Source: Macrostomum lignano
Taxonomy: Eukaryota
Length of the DNA: 64,000 nt
Reading direction: 5' to 3'
Assembly (NCBI GenBank): GCA_002269645.1
Contig: NIVC01000092.1
Span: 372,001 to 436,000 of the forward strand
The notes under the pieces were generated by a model. That model was not told the origin of the DNA and did no database searches. It saw only the letters and a program-made list of their open reading frames with translations. The number at the start of each line of letters is the position of its first letter. Position 1 is the stretch's first letter. Shown here piece after piece: positions 59,130 to 64,000 of this stretch. The position numbers were made by a program, and so were the translations under genes.

Positions 59130-59965
59130 AAATTGGGTGTGAACGGAGATAGAATGGATGGGAATGGGGATAGATGTGAATTTTGAACAGAACGGGTATG
59201 AACGGGGAGACAGTGCGCATGAACAGAAATAGAATAGATGTGAACGGGGATAGAATTGCCGTGAACGGGGATAGAATAGGTGTAAACAGGGATAGAATGG
59301 ATGTAAACGGGGATAGAATGTGTGAACAGGGATAAAATGGGTGTGAACGGGATAGAATGGGTGTGAACAGGGATGGAATGGGTGTAAACGGGGATAGAAT
59401 AAGTGTGAACAGGGATAAAATGGGTGTGAACGGGGATAGAATAGGTGTGAACGGGGATAGAATAGGTGTGAACAGGGATAAAAATGGGTGTGAACGGGGA
59501 TAGAATGGGTGTGAATGGGGATAGAATAGGTGTGAACGGGGATAGAATAGGTGTGAACAGGGATAAAATGGGTGTAAACGGGGATAGAATAGGTGTGAAC
59601 AGGGATAGAATGGGTGTGAACAGGGATAGAATGGGTGTGAACAGGGATAGAATAGGTGTGAACAGGGATAGAATGGGTGTGAACAGGGATAGAATGGGTG
59701 TGAACGGGGATAGAATGAGTGTGAACAGGGATAGAATGGGTGTGAACAGGGATAGAATGGGTGTGAACGGGGATAGAATGAGTGTGAACAGGGATAGAAT
59801 GGGTGTGAATGGGGATAGAATAAGTGTGAACAGGGATAGAATTGGTGTGAACGGGGATAGAATGGGTGTGAACAGGGATAGAATTGGTGTGAACGGGAAT
59901 AGAATGAGTGTGAATTATGGAGATAGAAGATAGGTGTGAATGGGGATAGAATGGGTGTGAACGGG
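59130..59965. repeat. 21-bp minisatellite GGGATAGAATGGGTGTGAACA (macoilin intron)
   Basis: About 38 copies. Confidence 0.95.
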
Positions 59966-60057
59966 ATTCGGAAGCTAGAAACGGTGTGAAAAGATGCACC
60001 CCGCGACACGAATATTTTAAACAGGCAGCGTAAACAATAAAAATTTTCATTCCTCAC

Positions 60058-60549
60058 CTTCTTCTTCGGGCCGTCCTTTCCGCCGCCGCTCCCGCCGCCG
60101 CCCCCGAGCTTCTTCACATTCTTATAGCTGGTCTTGGCGCACGCTGAGTTCGACTCCTCCTCGTGCTGCGGTGCGTTCAAATTTACATCCGGCCTCTGTT
60201 GCTGCTGCTGTTGTTGCTGCTGTTGCTGTTGCTGCTTCTCGCAGAACTCTTGACTGCCTGCGCTGTCGTCGTGGCCCGACGCAACCGAGGCCGCTGCCGC
60301 CGCTGCCAGCTTCTTCATCAGGCCGACACCGCCACCGCCGCCGCCAGCAGCCGTGATAGCCGAGGTCACGGAAGTTGCAGTGGCATCGTCGCCGTCAACA
60401 ATCTCATTGTAGTGCCCATTGTGCTGCGCCTCTTCGCTATCTAAACCGGCGCCTCCGCTGCCATTACCGATGCTGCCGTTGGTCTCGGAGGGCGGCAGGC
60501 CTAGCGCCTTGTCCAGCAAGTCGAAGTGGAAACTGTTGCGCTGCCGCAC
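60058..60549 (-). CDS. MACO1: Macoilin internal exon (low-complexity linker with poly-Q, poly-A, poly-G)
   Basis: Acceptor gctcag|gtg (phase 0) gives VRQRNSFHFDLLDKALGLPPSE, which aligns with macoilin VQKENEFYMQLLQQALPPE, followed by a low-complexity linker ending GPKKK; donor aag|gtgagg (phase 0); 492 nt = 164 codons. Confidence 0.88.
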
Positions 60550-60587
60550 CTGAGCGATTGAGCAGGTGCGATTTCGGGTGCGGTCAA

Positions 60588-61160
60588 TCGGATTCTCAAA
60601 TAGGTCAGGGGAGGGATTCCCAAATAGGTCAGGGGAGGGATTCCCAAATAGGTCAGGGGAGGGATTCCCAAATAGGTCAGGGGAGGGATTCCCAAATAGG
60701 TCAGGGGAGGGATTCCCAAATGGGTCAGGGGAGGGATTCCCAAATGGGTCAGGGGGAGGGATTCCCAAATGGGTCAGGGGGAGGGATTCCCAAATGGGTC
60801 AGGGGGAGGGATTCCCATCCCAAAAAGGTCAGGGGAGGGGTTCCCAATGGGTCAGGGAATGGGATTCTCAAATGGGTCAGGGGAGGGAATTCTTAAATGG
60901 GTCAGGGGGCGATTCTCAAATGGGTCAGGGAGGGGATTCTCAAATGGGTCAAGGGGCGATTCTCAAATGGGTCAGGGAGGGGATTCTCAAATGGGTCAAG
61001 GGGCGATTCTCAAATGGGTTAGGGAGGGGATTCTCAAAGGAGTCAGGGGGGGGGTTTCAAATGGGTCAAGGGGCGATACTCAAATGGTTTAAGGGGCGAT
61101 TCTTAAATACGTCAGGGGAGGGATTCCCAAATGGATCAAGGGAGGGGAATTCCAAATAGG
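60588..61160. repeat. 24-bp minisatellite GGGAGGGATTCCCAAATRGGTCAG (macoilin intron)
   Basis: About 23 copies, decaying toward higher coordinates. Confidence 0.93.
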
Positions 61161-61232
61161 TGACAGCAAGGGCGAGTTCAAGCCCCCAAAAAGGGGATGG
61201 CATGCCAGTACATAGCTAATAGTATATCTCAC

Positions 61233-61444
61233 CTCATGCTGCTTCCGCAATCGATACCGATAGCACAGGTAAGTCTTGAATCCAAAGCCCAGTGTCACAA
61301 TGGGATAGCCAATAGAGTGGGCGGCGAACGGCCGGCACAGGTCTACGTTAAACGGCAGATTCCGCATCTGACGCAGTCGGATGGAAAATTCTACGTAGAC
61401 AAACAGGGTCCAGAGCAGAATGGTAGGGATGCTGACTCCGCGCT
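61233..61444 (-). CDS. MACO1: Macoilin internal exon
   Basis: Acceptor ttttctccaatcgcag|ag (phase 1) gives ERGVSIPTILLWTLFVYVEFSIRLRQMRNLPFNVDLCRPFAAHSIGYPIVTLGFGFKTYLCYRYRLRKQHE, containing the conserved macoilin motif DLCRPFAAH.IGYP.VTLGFGFK; donor gag|gtgaga (phase 0); 212 nt = 2+210. Confidence 0.95.
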
Positions 61445-61519
61445 CTGCGATTGGAGAAAATGTGCATGCATAGATGAAATTAATCGCCCCACAAACGCCT
61501 TTAAGAACCGCCTCACTAA

Positions 61520-62690
61520 TTCCTCCAGAATGGCCCTACAAACTGTTTCAGAATCTCCCTACAAACTGTTTCAGAATCTGACAAAACTGATTCAGAATCT
61601 CCCTACAAAACTGTTTCAGAATGGCCCTACAAAACTGTTTAAGAATCTCCCTACAAAACTGATTCAGAATGGCCCTACAAAACTGTTTAAGAATCTCCCT
61701 ACAAACTGTTTCAGAATCTCCCTACAAAACTGATTCAGAATGGCCCTACAAAACTGATTCAGAATCTCCCTACAAAACTGTTTCAGAATGGCCCTACAAA
61801 ACTGATTCAGAATCTCCCTACAAAACTGTTTCAGAATCTCCCTACAAAACTGTTTCAGAATCTCCCTACAAAACTGTTTCAGAATCTCCCTACAAAACTG
61901 TTTCAGAATCTCCCTACAAAACTGTTTCAGAATCTCCCTACAGACTGTTTCAGAATCTCCCTACAAAACTGTTTCAGAATCTCCCTACAGACTGTTTCAG
62001 AATCTCCCTACAAAACTGTTTCAGAATCTCCCTACAAAACTGTTTCAGAATCTCCCTACAGACTGTTTCAGAATCTCCCTACAAAACTGTTTCAGAATCT
62101 CCCTACAAACTGTTTCAGAATCTCCCTACAAACTGTTTCAGAATCTCCCTACAAACTGTTTCAGAATCTCCCTACAAAACTGTTTCAGAATCTCCCTACA
62201 AAACTGTTTCAGAATGGCCCTACAAAACTGTTTCAGAATGGCCCTACAAAACTGTTTCAGAATGGCCCTACAAAACTGTTTCAGAATGGCCCTACAAAAC
62301 TGTTTCAGAATGGCCCTACAAAACTGTTTCAGAATGGCCCTACAAAACTGTTTCAGAATGGCCCTACAAAACTGTTTCAGAATCTCCCTACAAAACTGTT
62401 TCAGAATGGCCCTACAAAACTGTTTCAGAATGGCCCTATAAAACTGTTTCAGAATGGCCCTACAAAACTGTTTCAGAATCTCCCTACAAAACTGTTTCAG
62501 AATGGCCCTACAAAACTGTTTCAGAATGGCCCTATAAAACTTTCAGAATGGCCCTACAAAACTGTTTCAGAATCTCCCTACAAAACTGTTTCAGAATGGC
62601 CCTACAAAACTGTTTTAGAATGGCCCTACAAAACTGTTTCAGAATGGCCCAACAAAACTGTTTCAGAATCACAAAACTGTTTCAGAAACG
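61520..62690. repeat. 23-24 bp minisatellite CAGAATCTCCCTACAAAACTGTTT / CAGAATGGCCCTAC variant (macoilin intron)
   Basis: About 48 copies. Confidence 0.96.
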
Positions 62691-62719
62691 TGTTTCAGCA
62701 CACTCATAGAAAGGCTCAC

Positions 62720-62988
62720 CTGAATTCCAGACGAACTGCACCCACACGTAGGTGCTGGCCAAGAAGAACAACCAGTGCACGGGAACAAAAAGATACAAGA
62801 TGACATCTGATGTGAGACCGAGGCATAAAAAGAACAGCAGGAACATAATACCCTGGTAGCGATAGGAGTCATGGAGGGAGCGCAGCAGGAGCCAACAGGG
62901 CCACAGATATTCGAAGCGGAATTCCAATAGAAAGTCGAGCATAAGTACGCCGGCCCATATCAGCAGGAACTTCAGGTATAGCAGGACA
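62720..62988 (-). CDS. MACO1: Macoilin, first coding exon inside the window (N-terminal transmembrane region); the upstream start exon lies beyond 64000
   Basis: Translation (S)VLLYLKFLLIWAGVLMLDFLLEFRFEYLWPCWLLLRSLHDSYRYQG...FFLASTYVWVQFVWNS matches the hallmark macoilin/TMEM57 N-terminus (LYLKFL..W...EFRFEYLWP.WL..RS..DS.RYQG). Acceptor caacag|t at 62989 (phase 2), donor tcag|gtgagc at 62719 (phase 1); 269 nt = 1+267+1. Confidence 0.95.
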
Positions 62989-64000
62989 CTGTTGGTGAGG
63001 TTAAAATCAATAATTTTAACATTTATTGACAACTAGAGCATAAAACTAATACTCGTAGTTCTTTTTATAGGACAGAGACAAAGATAAATTAGTCTGCTAT
63101 AATTATAATTATAAGTTATATAAGTTATAATTCATTCTACCTTGCAATTTATCTTCATTCCAAAGTATACAGTTTTAGATTTTTAATAAAAATATTGATA
63201 CTTCCAGTTGAATATGAATAGTTACTAATAAAAAATATATTTAAATTGCATAGTATTTAAGTTAAAGGAAACAAGATGCCACCAGCTTCTAGCATAGGTT
63301 TTTTCTAGTGTCTATAGCATATAATTCTTGTATGTAGAATGCTAGGCATGCTTGGGCGCAACCTAGGGATTCAATTAATGATTATACTAATAATTTTTAT
63401 TCTTTGATTAAATATAAAACAATAACATTTTAATATTTAACTTTATTATTAGAATTTTTAAATTATAGGTAATTAGCCTATTATTGTTTTCTACCTATTA
63501 GATTTTAAAGATTAAAAGCAAATTAAATTAAATTAACTTATTATGGCTATTAAATGACTTTTTATTGGTATCCTTGTTTATTTAGTTATTTTCAATGTCT
63601 ATCAAAATATTTTTCTATTATCTATAAACAAACATGTGCAGCACCCAGTCGACCTGGCTGATCTAGCTGGCAAGGGGCCTAACCAAAGTAGATTGCAAAA
63701 CACATATGTAATACTAATTAAATGACAGAAGCATTTAGCCTTAATAATATAGGCATAGTTACTCCTGCCATTTACCCAAAAGTACATTAGTTTTTGCTTA
63801 GGTTTCTTTTATGGGTAAGTCACATTTTTGGTCAAAATTAAATTGCATGGCCAGTATAAATCAGGGAGTTGCACATATATAGTAGGGCTCCTTGGATATT
63901 GCATAATGATGTAATTACTAATAACTAAAATATTTACTGATTTGGCTAGTTTTAGTTTGTTTTAATATACCAAAATATTCAATATAAATATTGTGTACAC

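Noticed and set aside
60010-60057. [13 protein letters not shown], resembling macoilin VQKENEFY
   Set aside because: It begins at a GTGAGG donor and is intronic; the true homologous segment is VRQRNSFHFDLLDKAL at 60549.
59128-60768. 546-aa ORF (and 58653-60050, 465 aa) as single proteins
   Set aside because: Each is one real macoilin exon fused to intronic repeat translation; splice sites define the true boundaries.

Overview
Animal genomic DNA, very rich in tandem repeats. The style (GC/CpG-rich exons with poly-Q/G/A runs, long GACA and GATA microsatellites, minisatellite-filled introns) suggests a flatworm such as Macrostomum; this is an inference and was not checked. Two spliced minus-strand genes can be rebuilt by hand from GT-AG sites with consistent reading phase. 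(1) A macoilin (MACO1/TMEM57) orthologue with six coding exons between 62988 and 56708; its first coding exon lies beyond the window end. (2) A 7-cadherin-repeat delta-type protocadherin with exons 22832-21723 and 20520-18856, plus a third cytoplasmic exon at 10469-10295 that is absent from the ORF track and carries a CM1-like SSESDSGRG motif; its final exon(s) were not located. More than 40 tandem arrays with 4-47 bp units alternate with short unique blocks, and almost all other long ORFs in the track are repeat artefacts. Most noteworthy: a conserved-core, variable-spacer array (AACGTTGAGAGCCTCRA x6-7) directly upstream of the hidden exon; a different minisatellite filling each internal macoilin intron; short motifs shared by unrelated arrays (TTTGGCGC; ATCTCACCC, a sense-strand 5' splice-site mimic); higher-order repeat structure; a possible read-through short protocadherin isoform; and a CpG-depleted AT-rich block at the window end. 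No prokaryotic genes, rRNA, tRNA or true CRISPR locus were found. Repeat boundaries are approximate.
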